A stretch of 64,000 nt of DNA, taken from positions 109,492,001 through 109,556,000 of the forward strand of contig OX597823.1 of the NCBI GenBank assembly GCA_951406725.2, read 5' to 3'. The notes below the pieces were generated by a model that had not been told where the DNA came from, searched no databases, and saw only the letters and a program-made list of their open reading frames with translations. This DNA comes from Octopus vulgaris (lineage: Eukaryota). Below are positions 42,991 to 56,530 of the stretch, in pieces. The stretch's first letter is position 1. Each line of letters opens with the position of its first letter. Made by a program: the position numbers and the translations under genes.

Positions 42991-43532
42991 GATAACGGAT
43001 TCTTTTGATCTTGCCTGCGAAGCTATTTTCGCTTACTCTTAATTTTAAAGGCAATCTCATTTTTCGCTGCCGTCAACGGACATCTTTTAATTACTAAAGC
43101 GCCCCCTTTCAGGAATCCCATTCCCCTCTTCTTTATCCTTCTCTTTATAAAACGTCTTCTAATCCTACCTGTCTTTTGCTACCGAACTTAATAATCTTTA
43201 TAATGGTAGTTCTCTGCTAAGCACTGTGCTAGTGTCTTTTGACGAGGATCACATGACTTGGCCCTACGTGACACTCAAACTCCGTATCGGTCCACACGCC
43301 TCTAATATTATTGGCCTACTTTTGTAGTACACTTAGTTACGGCACAAGTCATCGATTATCCTAAACAGCTGTAAAGATTAGACTTGATTCCATCATTTAG
43401 TTATATATGACACTTTCTATGAGAATACATTTCTTACGACTACTACTGTTTCTCACTTTTACATGCGTGAGTGTGTGTGTGGGCGTGCGCGTTCGTTCCT
43501 GTGTATGTATGCGTGCTTGTGTATGTATGCAC

Positions 43533-43617
<85 letters not shown>

Positions 43618-43768
43618 AATCAATCTGTCTCTCTATCTGCCATTCAGTCTATCTATCTATGTATCTATCTATCTATCCATCTATCTGTCTGTCTGTCAGT
43701 CTATCTATCTATCTGTCTGTCTGTCTGTACGCCGTCTGTCTACCTACCTACCTACCTACCTACCTATG

Positions 43769-43849
<81 letters not shown>

Positions 43850-44156
43850 GTCTTTCTATATGCCATTCAGTCTGCATGCCTGCGATGCCTGTCTGACTGC
43901 CTGTCTGTATTCATGTATGCATATTTGCGATTACGTATCTCACTGTATTTCCTTTCGTCTGTCGATGCGTGCAAATGGATATGAAAATTGCTCGTGATTA
44001 CTTGAAAAATTGTTGACGCAAAAGAAACGGACTTAGTTTTCGTACACGTCTTTGACGAACTGTAAAGTTACGTGAGATACTGGTCCACAAAATAAACAAC
44101 ATCGGGTTTTAGACATTACACATAAACAAAACGTGAGACACAGGTGGAGATACACA

Positions 44157-44251
<95 letters not shown>

Positions 44252-44458
44252 ATATATACATACATACACACACACACACATATATATATATATTGTCTTC
44301 AGACGATAAACATACTCGAATATTTATAGTTACATAGGATTCATTATAAATAGACGTATAAATACACATTATAAGGGTATAGCTTTCTCTGTGTATATAT
44401 GTATACACACACACACAGGCACACAGATACACACACGCACACACACACAGATACACAT

Positions 44459-44510
<52 letters not shown>

Positions 44511-44624
44511 AAACATACCCGTTTATGCAATGAATGAAAGTATACATGTCCCACGTAAAAGACACCGTTTATCAACTAGATGCCTGAGTTTATTTTCATT
44601 CTCAATGAGAAGACAAAAGGTTAC

Positions 44625-44674
<50 letters not shown>

Positions 44675-44727
44675 GCATATCTCTATATACACATATATAT
44701 ATATATATGTGTATATATCTATGTATG

Positions 44728-44789
<62 letters not shown>

Positions 44790-44790
<1 letters not shown>

Positions 44791-45003
44791 GTGTGTGTCT
44801 TTGCATCTGTTTGTTCCTCCACCATCGCTTGACAACCGATGCTGGTGTGCTTACATCACCGGGACCTAGCGGTTCGTCACTAGACACCGATAGAATAAGT
44901 ACTAGGCTCAAAAAGAATAAGTCCTGAGTTCGATTTGTTCGACTAGAATCCTTTAAGGTGTTGCACCAGCGTGGCCTTAGTCAAATGTCTGGAAGAATCA
45001 AAA
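44790..45003 (+). mobile_element. SINE A 3' half
   Basis: CCATCGCTTGACAACCGATGCTGGTGTG...CCGATAGAATAAGTACTAGGCT...GCACCAGCGTGGCC. Confidence 0.85.
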
Positions 45004-45255
45004 TGATTACATACACACACACACACACCCCGCGGTGCTGAATCATATCTGCTCAATAAAAAGCAATCAGTGTTTTCTTTTCATTAAAAAAATAATTAAG
45101 CATGCTTTTATTTCAATAAATTTTTTACTTTTGTTAAACGAAGTTAAGACAAAAAAAAAAACTTTTTTGAGAAACCAAATAGTCTTTCCTTCCTTCATGC
45201 CAAGTTTGAAGAAAATATCTCTATTGCATCTTACCTCTTCAATATACTGCATTTT

Positions 45256-45538
45256 GTAGCATTATTTCAAGCCTGCCGGCTTCTTTGCGCAAACTACACG
45301 TGCACTTTTCTCGCGTATACGCAGTATTGATCACAACAGCTGATGTACTTCCACATACAAATGCACGTTCCCACGGCTTTATCGATCGCATTCACACCTG
45401 GAATCGATTTTTGAATCTTTTTAAAGACTTATACACGTCCTGGTACCGTCGGAATCTACACATCAAATTTGAGCGCAATTGGATGCAGGATGCCCGAGAT
45501 GTTAGAAGACACAGACAGAACGGATTTTATATAATAGA
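45256..45538 (-). mobile_element. Non-autonomous Helitron-like element, 5' end intact
   Basis: Minus strand begins A|TCTATTATATAAAATCCGTTCTGTCTGTGTC. Body homologous to 13616-13740. 3' end degenerate. Confidence 0.65.
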
Positions 45539-45578
45539 TATTTATGTTTATATGTATATATATCTATCTATATCTATA

Positions 45579-45698
<120 letters not shown>

Positions 45699-45705
45699 CA
45701 TACAT

Positions 45706-45811
<106 letters not shown>

Positions 45812-46169
45812 GTGTATATATATATGTATGTATATATATATATTATATATGTATACATATGTATGTATACAAATGTAATGTGCCTCTGTGCATGCATATT
45901 TGTTTTGAAGTCTAAACAATTAGAGAGACATATTTCTACATATACACCCATCTGTGCCCATTCAATTGTCATTGGATTTCGGTAAAGATATATCCCACTT
46001 TGCTATGAAAGGAGAAAGAGAAAAAATGCGTGCGATTGTGCACAGAGATCTACACACAAAGACACAAATTAATATGTGAGCCCGATCAGGCATGCAGAAT
46101 TTCGGCTTCATGCACACAAGTATACACAATATTCTCACACACATATATATACATATATACATACATACA

Positions 46170-46205
<36 letters not shown>

Positions 46206-47089
46206 TATATATGTATGTATGTATGTATGTATATATGTGTGTGTATGTATTTATTTGTATGAATGTATGTGTGTGTGTGTATGCATGTGTGGATTCACAT
46301 ATTCTTATGCGTATTTTGTTGTGTAAAACTTCAATCTGAAACGATGGCTTCTTTCCAAGATGTGCTTTGTTTTGAGAATGTCATAGGAGATTTAATAGAA
46401 ACTATATTAGCAAGTCGAAAGTAAGAAACGTGAAAGAGAAAGAATATATATATATATGTATATATATACAAAAATAAAAGTAAATAAATAAATACCAATC
46501 CCAAAATATGAGAAAGCGAGTAGAACAGACAACACTTAGTCTCGTCTCGAATTATGCTTGTTTCTGTGTATATTTTGGTTTGTCTGCTACTTGCGTAGGT
46601 TCATATAGTGTAAGATAAATATACATTGTGTGAGTATGGAGGAGATTCGTGTAAGACATGAGACAAATACAAGAATATATAGAGTAACCGTTTTAATAGG
46701 TTTAGGGTGACTGTCTAGAAATAGATTACGTATGGGGAAATACCTGTATTCCATATATGTGTATGCGTGTATGCGTGTTGTTTGTGTATGTGTGTGTGGG
46801 TGGGGGGAGATAGTATGTTTGTGTGTGAGTTTCTGTGCGTGAATATGTGTATATGTAGGTATGTATGTATGTATGTGTATGGATGTGTGTGTGTGTGTTG
46901 TGTGTGTGGGTATGTTCTGTACGTGTTGAAGACGGGGCTTCTCTATCTTTCACACTACTCCGAGTTTCATGTTACAGTCAAAAACGGAAACAGGACATTC
47001 AGCGAGGCGACAAGAGGGACGACTCATTTTGGAGATGAATAAGTAATTTCACTCTATACATGAATAAAAGTAATAGATAAATAAACAAA

Positions 47090-47144
47090 TCAATAATAAT
47101 AATAATAATGATAATAAGAATAATGATGATGATGATGATGATGA

Positions 47145-47229
<85 letters not shown>

Positions 47230-47293
47230 CATAATGATAGTAATAATATTAATGATGATGATGATGATACACATCATAATAATAATATTAATA

Positions 47294-47365
<72 letters not shown>

Positions 47366-47445
47366 GATCATAATAATCATAATGATAGTAATAATATTAA
47401 TGATGATGATGATGATACACATCATAATAATAATAATAATAAATG

Positions 47446-47498
<53 letters not shown>
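47090..47498. repeat. (TAA)n/(TGA)n/(TAC)n compound microsatellite with an internal ~150-bp duplication
   Basis: AATCATAATGATAGTAATAATATTAATGATGATGATGATGATACACATCAT occurs at about 47227 and 47375. Confidence 0.9.
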
Positions 47499-47499
47499 T

Positions 47500-47896
47500 A
47501 ACACTATGTAGTTACTAGAAAATAAAATGAGACAGTTTTAATTCAGAAAGAAAGCCAAAGATGATGGATCATAAATATAGCATGCCCAGCTGACAACAAG
47601 TTATGCGATAAGGAAGAAAGAAAAGTCGATAGACATGACAGGTTAGCTTGGGAGGTTAAGCAGTTGCGGTTGCTGAAAAAAGCTGATAGTTGTACCAATA
47701 ATTGTCGGATACGTGAGAACAGTGAATAAAAGACTTGAGAAGTACATGGAACAAATAGGGGCTGCAATAAGGGTGGAGTACTTGCAGGAAATAGAACTGT
47801 TTGGAACCGCTCGAATACTTCGGATGGTGCTCGAAAAATAACGGGTGTGAACAGTTAACACCGTAGTACATTCCAGCGTTAGAAGCTTTTTTAAAA
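47500..47896 (+). mobile_element. R4/Dong-like non-LTR retrotransposon 3' end (RLE domain C-terminus), pseudogenised
   Basis: 47565-47841 with one frameshift: WIINIACPADNKLCDKEERKVDRHDRLAWEVKQLRLLKK/LIVVPIIVGYVRTVNKRLEKYMEQIGAAIRVEYLQEIELFGTARILRMVLEK*. The VVPxIVG and GTARILR motifs are typical. Flanked by (TAA)n on both sides. Confidence 0.85.
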
Positions 47897-47897
47897 C

Positions 47898-47964
<67 letters not shown>

Positions 47965-48057
47965 TTAATGATAATGATAATAATAATAATAATGATAATG
48001 TTAATGATAATGATAATAATAATAATAATAATATTAATGATAATAATAATAATAATG

Positions 48058-48107
<50 letters not shown>

Positions 48108-48125
48108 CATGATGATAATAATAAT
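47897..48125. repeat. (TAA)n microsatellite
   Basis: Direct reading. Confidence 0.95.
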
Positions 48126-48129
48126 AGTC

Positions 48130-48655
48130 ATAAGTGCCTTGATTCCATAACGGGCACTAGCTCTCATGGCTTCCGATCTTAATTTTACCATTAACATGAT
48201 TTGTCTTGGTATAAAAGATGGACTGCAGCAAATATTTTCTTCAATACAACAGATTTGCTTGTTGACCTTAACCAGTTGAGCATGTTCCTTGGTGGTTGAT
48301 GATATGTGCATCTCTGATCACAAGCAGAAGTAGTAGGGGAGCATCATAGCCATGTGTTGTGAGGAATTCTTTGGGGTTTGGATAATTCACCTCTGAAAAC
48401 ATGGGTTTTTCAATCACCATGCTTAAACAAACCTTATTCAGGGACTTTTCGTGCGGGATGGACTATTTGATCTGAAGAAAATTCTAACTGCAAGGTCATG
48501 CACTGTATATATTGTTATGAGGTCGCACTGTGATGCACATATGGTTGTAATACGTGTGTCTGGTGAAACCTTAATAGTCATGATAAGTATACTGTGCTTT
48601 GTATACTTTAACCCATTGTCACTTTGATGATATATACTGCTCTCTCACTCAGTAA
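48130..48655 (+). repeat. Unclassified probable interspersed repeat between (TAA)n and (TACA)n tracts
   Basis: Sharply bounded complex sequence ending CTGCTCTCTCACTCAGTAA. Resembles a repeat recalled from octopus DNA, but there is only one copy here. Confidence 0.35.
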
Positions 48656-48728
48656 TACATACATACATACATACATACATACATACATACATACATACAT
48701 ACATACATACATACATACATGCATACAT

Positions 48729-49424
48729 GATGCATTAAAAGGATATAGATGCAAGAAAGGCAGTAAAATGTGACAACCGATGCAGACTTTGTGGAGTTAG
48801 CGCCAAATATATCACGCACAATATAAGCAGTTGTCCGGAAATATCAACATGGTGTTATCTGCCAATGATATATGATGTTGTAGCTAAGATACTCTACAAT
48901 GAAATACGTCGGAAGGATAAACTCGAGGATAAAGAAATAAGAATCCACAGTATGGTAGAAGTGATAGATACTCATAATAAAGAGGAGTACTGGTGGAATA
49001 TTCCAGTGAAAACCTCGAAAGCACAATAGACCTGATATAATGATTTGGGATAGAAAAGAGAAACAATGTACAGTTGTGGAAATTAGCTGCACAGTGGATG
49101 TTATTATAACGCTGAAGATCAGTGAAAATGAGAATTCCAACGTTGAACTATTGAGAAATCTGCAGTTACTCTATTTAGATTATAAGTTCAGGTTTATAAC
49201 TGTAATTATTAGGGCGCTTGGATATGTAGCACACTGCCTATATACCAATCTTGAGGAATTAGGTTTCTTAAAACCGGAAAGGAGGAAGCTAATTCGAAGA
49301 CTAGAGATTGAATAAATCACTGGAACTGTAGAAATCTGTAAAACATTCTAGAAGTTTATCACTTAAATATGTATGAGCATGTCTAGAAATGCATGAGAAT
49401 ACATATATAAAACAAAACATACAT
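48729..49424 (+). mobile_element. Second RLE-type (R4/Dong- or NeSL-like) retrotransposon 3' end, pseudogenised
   Basis: CCHC knuckle CRLCGVSAKYITHNISSC at 48781, then YWWNIPVKTS / KHNRPDIMIWDRKEKQCTVVEISC...FITVIIRALG (PD-(D/E)xK nuclease). Frameshift and stops present. Flanked by (TACA)n. Confidence 0.88.
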
Positions 49425-49632
49425 ACATAAATATATTTATACATGCATAAATGCATACGTACATACGTACATACGTACTTACATACATACGTACGTAGTA
49501 CATACATACATACATACATACATACATACATACATACATACATACATACATACGTACGTACATACATACATACATACATACATGCGTACGTACATATATA
49601 CATACATACGTACGTACATACATGCATACATG

Positions 49633-49663
<31 letters not shown>

Positions 49664-49777
49664 GGCGCCCTTAATAATAATTATATATTTATAATTATAT
49701 GTTGAAATATTAATTTTATCGATATGGTGGTTATTATACGCTTGCCACTGATATTAATTTTAATGATTATATCCTCA

Positions 49778-49854
<77 letters not shown>

Positions 49855-49914
49855 TATACATACATATATGTGTGTGTGTATGTGTGTGTGCGTATTTATA
49901 TAGGTATATACATT

Positions 49915-51577
49915 CTTTCTTTTATTATTTTAATGGTTTCAGTCGCCGGATTACAGCCATGCTGGAGCAACGCCTTAATTTTAGTTTTAGTTTCGTTGTC
50001 GCTTTATGATCGAAAGTTGGTCGATGATCTAGTTTGTAGTTGCTGATCTCTCCCGAGTGTATCTTTGAATGGTTGGTTGGCTCGGTATCGTCGTTAGGAG
50101 TTCATCCAATGCTATTTTGAAAGTTTCAGTAGAGGTCCCTTCTATGGTTCTTATCACTTCGGGTAAGCAGTTGAATACCTGAGGACCTTTTAATATTAGA
50201 CTGGTACAGCAGAGTGTTTTTGCTCGTGAGTTTGAAGATGGTATATTTGGAAACTGACAGTACCACCTTGTTCAAGTATCAAAATTTGCTTTCATGCCGA
50301 TGTTCCGAACATGATCCGTCCCGGAGCTTCCATACGTACATAATAGTCAATCTCTCTCTTCGGCGTTCAAGAGAGTTGAGAGGTAGAGCTTACAGGTGTT
50401 CCGAGTAATTAAGGCCATTAACTGAAGTTATTTTACTGGTTAATGCTCTTTGTAACACTTCGATTTCTTCTCTAAGCAGTAATCTAATTTGCTCAAAACT
50501 AATGCTTTTCCATAAAGTTAGCATAACTATCGGTTCTCTTGCGAAGGTTCGTGGGATCCATCCTATGAGATGTCTGCATTTAGAGGGCAGTTTAGTGATG
50601 TGACTGATGAAAGATGCATTATTTGACATGATTATTCCTGAATCCCGTATGTCGTCAGTGGTCTGAATCATTTTATTATCTGGCGCCAAATATTAGGATT
50701 TGTGTCTATTCCTTCCATAATGAAGGGTCTGAAATGTTGATGCATTAAATTTCATATTCTTATCCTCCCATCGATAAATAACGTTTCGGTCACTTTGGAG
50801 TGTGATGGCATCTTCTGGAGTTTGGATAGCCATGGGTATTTTTCTATCGTCGGTGTAACTCATTAGGTTGGCCGCTTGTACTCGTGAGCTTACGCCTGAT
50901 AGGGCTGTGGTAAATAATAATGGTCCCAGAACTGTACCCTGAGATAAACCACTAATTACGGGTGACTTTGCTGAGAGATAACTATTTGCAGCAACCGATT
51001 GTTTCCTATCCCTTAGAAAGTCAAAGAACCATTCTCCGAGTTTTCTTATGATCCCAAGATCCCTTATCCTATGACAGATGATTCCACGATCAATCTTGTC
51101 AAACACTTTAGCAAAATCAAGGTATATGCTGTCAGGGTCCTTTCCATTCAGGTGATTATTGAGGATAGTGTTATAATAGTTGTGGCAGGAAACCTCGTCC
51201 AGTTCGAAAACCATTCTGTGTATTATCTAACAGGTTGTTTTCCTCAGATACGCAGTTATTCTTTTACGGACAATGTGTTCTACAATTTTAGATGTGTGAG
51301 ATATGAGAGAAACAGGTCAGTAAATTTTAGTTTCAGCCCTGCTACCTTCTTTATAGATAAGTGTTACTGTTGCTTCTTTGAATATTTCTGGGAATATATT
51401 GGTTTCAAGCGAGTTATGAAATAGCGACTTTAATGGCTTGGCAAGGCTGTTTTTGCAAGTTTTCAATAATATGGCTGGGATACCATCTATTCCTGGTGCA
51501 AAATTTGAATCTAGATCATTAATAGCTGTAACGATGCCTTCTTCCATAATGCCTAAAATATTTAGACGTGTCTGCAT
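49915..51577 (-). mobile_element. CR1/L2/Jockey-group LINE: RT domain to 3' tail, pseudogenised
   Basis: APGIDGIPAILLK, YLDFAKVFDKID, SGLSQGTVLGPLLF, SYTDD, MKFNAS, IRDSGIIMS and LQRALT motifs across broken ORFs 51317-51577, 50693-51214 and 50390-50689. Tail at 49915-49976. Confidence 0.93.
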
Positions 51578-51829
51578 AGTCGAATTCTGGGAATAAAAGA
51601 ATTATAAACCACTGAACGAGGTATAAAGTGTAGCTGCATGACAATGTGAAGTATATATTGCCATTTAAATGTGGCTAACCACTAAGGGTGGATGCTACTG
51701 TAGCTTGTAGCCCCAGGAGAACATCTGCTCCAGCTGGCTATTGATACACTTTCTGTGCCCTATCAGTATTTGCAAAGGGAAGCCACCCTTCCCATCGTCG
51801 ACCTGACGTGATACGCACGGACACGAGTT

Positions 51830-52120
51830 TCTGGATATTTACAAAGAATTCTTTTGAAAACATTGCGCTATTTTGTCAAATCATATTAGTGTATTGCACA
51901 CTGCTGGAGTGGGAGAGGAGGGCATTTGCCGTCAGGTCTTCACGGAAGTGGAGTGCTACTCCTCCATGTTTGCGTATTCTGCAATCAGTTCTGTGTGAAG
52001 TACATGGCCTGAAATATGTACTTCTGCATCCAGTATGTCTGGGGTCAGGTGTGTCTCACTTAATGCCACGAACATTGTCTTTTCTCTGTTTGCAAGGCCT
52101 CTCACGTATGATACAGTTTT
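51830..52120 (-). mobile_element. AP-endonuclease N-terminus of the same or a related LINE
   Basis: Manual translation with one frameshift: FVALSETHLTPDILDAEVHISGHVLH/RTDCRIRKHGGVALHFREDL, showing the xETxL and RxDxxxxxxGGVA APE motifs. Confidence 0.82.
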
Positions 52121-52225
52121 CGATATTTACATACTTATGTTTGTAAACATACATGAATATATATGTATGTATATCACTGTCTATTTCTCTCTGTATCTGT
52201 CTGTCTGTCTGTCTGTCTCTCTCCC

Positions 52226-52274
<49 letters not shown>

Positions 52275-52297
52275 GTATCTCTCTCTCTCTCTCTCTC

Positions 52298-52334
<37 letters not shown>

Positions 52335-52723
52335 CCTCTGTGTATAACTATCTTTCACTATATGTGTGCGTTTTACGAATATATATGTATAAATGTAAAT
52401 AAATATAAATAGTATATATACATATGTATTAGTACATACACACCCACATACAGTGACAGAAGAAATAGATATACAAGCAGACTAATACGATGTATGTCTA
52501 ACTGATTCCTGGAATACTTGTAGAATATTCAGACTTAAAGCGCAAGATCAACGTGTCGTTTTGTCTTACTAACATGACGTTGGATACGTTTTTGAAACAA
52601 AAAAAAAACATAAATGTCACATGTACGTATTTATATTTGTATATATGTATCTACCTGCTTGTCTTCCTGTCTGTATGTATATATGTCTCTCTCTCTCTCT
52701 CTCTCGCTCTCTGTATGTATGTA

Positions 52724-52764
<41 letters not shown>

Positions 52765-52959
52765 GAAAATGGAGAGAGAAGTTATTTTCTCACGTTCTTT
52801 CGTATATTTATCAATGATTAGAAAATACTTTTAGTTATATAGACGCTCAAACACTCTCTCATCTATGCACTCATAAATCTTACACACTCATACACTCACA
52901 ACAACCCATCTTTGTAAAGTATATACATGTTATACAAACATATAAATGATCAACTCGAG

Positions 52960-53085
52960 GAAATGACAGACCAGTTAGAACATCAGATTAAATACTTTGC
53001 GTCCTGGGTTCAAATTTCATCGAGAACATCTTTGTCTTTCATCCTTCCAGAATTTTAAAAATAAAGTACCAATGTAGGGCGGTTA
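52960..53085 (+). mobile_element. Very diverged SINE B fragment
   Basis: GGGTTCAAATTTC...CTTTGTCTTTCATCCTTCC...AAATAAAGTACC. Confidence 0.55.
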
Positions 53086-54819
53086 CATGGTAGAATCATT
53101 AGAGTGGCTGTCGGAATGGCTTCTGATATTTGTTCCGGCTGTTTTGTGTTTTGGATACAAATCATTCCGTGGGTTTATAGGCTTCAAAAGCTTTGTGAAA
53201 TAAATACCTTGCAGTAAGTATATTTTTACTAATAATCTCCCTCGACTGCTACACTCAATACTGAACATAGAGGTGGATCAGCAAAGTGGTATTATGTATC
53301 ATATGGTGCTTGGTGAGTTTGAAGTGATTATTGTAGAAATACCTATATTTAGTCCGAATAGAAAATGTGCTGTGCAGAGCATACCGCAACAAGCATGACC
53401 CATCGACCATACTCCACTGGGCATACACAAAATATATGTACAGTCGCACGATATCTCAGTCATATTACATAAGATATATAACTGCTGGATACACTACCGG
53501 AAACAAGTGTCTCCATGTCTTATCGAATTAAATGTTGTGCAAGAATTGTAGGTATGCTTTGTATTTATTTCACTAAGGAATTATAAAATGCTACCAAACA
53601 CTCTTTAAGCCGATGAGAGGCGGCTTTTCTGAAAATTGGCAGCTACCTAGTGTTATAAAGAATGGCATCCACTGTAATTAAGAATGGCACCTACTGCTCG
53701 CAAACATGATAAAATTGTGAGAAGCGTAAAAGAAATATTTCTCGATTGGTGTTTGTACGAAGGGTTAGTAACGTTGTCGCAATAACACAGTTGTTGCTAC
53801 GGAACATCTATATAGTACAAAACATGTCAGCCTATCACTGAATGAAAGATGACGTCATCTGGGCAAAGTCTTTTTAGGGAAGCTGATCTCAAGACACGAA
53901 GAGGATTATTCCTTTCCCACTTCAGTAGTTACAGAACATGTTGTGCAATGCTACACAGAAAAACCTTAATTTCCACTAAAGGACTAGGATCAAAAGTAAT
54001 CTCAACAGCTTTTAAGATAAGCTAGATAGAAAAAGTTAGAAGCTTTTAGAAAGAAATTTTCAGGTCAGGAGAGTTTGGTAGGCACATGTTGATGTGCTCC
54101 ACAGGGAACAAGTGAAAAAAGAATAAGAAAATCAAAAATTCCTTACTGTTTATGATAGCTATTGTTCATAACAGTGTATTTTACAAAAGCAAATCTAAAA
54201 AAATATGTAAACGTTCCAAAATAGCGTCGATGTAAGCGTTATTGGCTATAGCATGCATTAAAAAATTGTAATATGGAACTTAAAGAAAAGAGATACTATT
54301 GGCGCCTCTATTAAGTGCTAGAAGCTACATTAATACCAATCAAAGGATAGACAACCAAAAAATCTAATGCTGGATAAAGATTTTTCAGAATAAAAAAAAA
54401 TAACTATAAGAGTGTTCTGTAGTTCTAAAGATATCAGAATGGAATAGCGGAAAAAATGTTTTAGATCAAGCAATGGATGACTCTAGAGATTGTCTTTCAG
54501 CATAACACTTCAACTTGCTAGACACAAAAATCCATTAAATCAGCACCCTAAAGATGGTACTTATCATTAAACTGACGAACAAGAATGAGCCTCCCTTTGA
54601 TGAGCATGCAAGTAGAAAGTAGATGCAGAAGAACTAGTTGAAGGCCTCTGCCGCAGGTTAGAACGGAATGGTAGAAAGGGTAAAAGCAAATTGTTTATCT
54701 ATCACTCTACGTTGCAGTGGAGTTATGTCAAAATTTGTCTCTTCCTACTTTAGATATCCATAGTCAATTAAATAATTAACCCCTACTTCATTATGCAAAT
54801 GCAAGCAACCGATGAATCA

Positions 54820-54927
<108 letters not shown>

Positions 54928-54960
54928 GAGGAAAAATTATAATAAGGCACCATTTACTGA

Positions 54961-54997
<37 letters not shown>

Positions 54998-55143
54998 GTA
55001 TATATATATGTATATATTTATATATATATATACACACATGTATGTATGCAATATATGTATCTTTTTCACCCTCTCATTTATACAATAACACCCACACGCA
55101 TGTATATGTGTATACGTGTATACACACACACACACACACACAC

Positions 55144-55207
<64 letters not shown>

Positions 55208-56271
55208 CTTTCATCTCTCCATAGATCAGGCAATCAATCATCCATCTCGCTATCTGCACTTGTATGTATTTATGTATACGTGAGTGTATTTACACACAGA
55301 CACTTAGACACACACATATCTATGTATATATACACTTTCATATTATCATGTTACTCACACGCACCCACATATATATATACATATATACACACAATACATA
55401 TGCATATGTCCTAGGGTCATGTACTCTACATTATGACGTATGTAGACTCTGCAATACATTGTCACTGAAAGTGCTCAATAAATGCTTATATAAATTAATC
55501 GTTAAACAGTGAAAGAAAACCGATGTCAGTTTCTGTTAGAAGTTAAAAGGAAATACGTGTACTGTTACCTCGCAACAGTGTTGCGTTATTGAGCATCCTG
55601 TTTCGAAAATACTATCTCTCATCAGGCAAGGTACAAAAAAGGCAGAAAGTATATAACTTATTAGCAGAAAGTGTATAACTTCTAATACATGATATAAAGG
55701 GATTTTACCTCGTTCCAAGTCTGAAATTATGTCACTTCTCTAATTCTACTACGTATTTTATGAAAGAGTTTCTTTCTACAAGCCGTTGAATAAATACTAC
55801 CATGCTATAACTCCAAGCCTTTTCTCATTATTCGGGCTTTGGCCGTCACCACGCTTGAGGAGTCTCAGGAACAAACATCAACCCGCAAAATTCGTTGCGT
55901 TTGCCTGGAGAAGTCACACTTTTCGGTGATTTCTGTATCTCCATCAGGGGAGAACATGCAAACAGCAAGAACTTCAAGTCATATGTTCTGTGGAAGGAGG
56001 GCTGTGCGATGCTTCTCGTATGGTGTATGGCGTGGAGATACAAGTCAGATGGCGTGAGAAAGAAATATGTATGACTCAAAAGTGGTTCAGGAAATTGCTA
56101 CTTGTTCATCCTGTTACAAAACGTAGAGGCCACTGGATTAGTATTAAAGGAAAAAAGGTTAGAAAGAATACAGAGTTTGGAGTGTATTGGTGAATGGATT
56201 TATGTATCTATGAATATGGATAACGTTCATATTGCTTTCGTTCTGCATTGCCGTACCGTGTACTAATGACC

Positions 56272-56530
56272 ACCTGTATCATCTCTTGTGAAAGGTAGGA
56301 GAGTCCAGTTTGCTGGACATAGTTGTAGAGCTGAAAGCGAGGTAATTTATAATCTTCTCCTCTGGAAGCCATCTGCTCGCTGTACCAGACTCTCCTACCC
56401 TGATGTAATCTCCAGGGATACAGGCATCCAGCAACAGAACCTCCGTAATGCTATAATGGACCGTGAAATCTGGCGTAACAAAGTAAATTCCATTGTCTCG
56501 ATCACGGTCGAACGATGAATGATGAATGAC
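56272..56530 (+). mobile_element. RTE-clade LINE 3' end
   Basis: RRVQFAGHSCR...LLLWKP...YPDVISRDTG...LRNAIMDREIWR, followed by a short TGA/TGAA repeat tail. Confidence 0.85.

Noticed and set aside
50390-51577. RT ORFs as an active or domesticated reverse transcriptase (retron/DGR-like system)
   Set aside because: Multiple stops and frameshifts, degenerate catalytic motifs and a LINE-type tail show it is a dead LINE copy.
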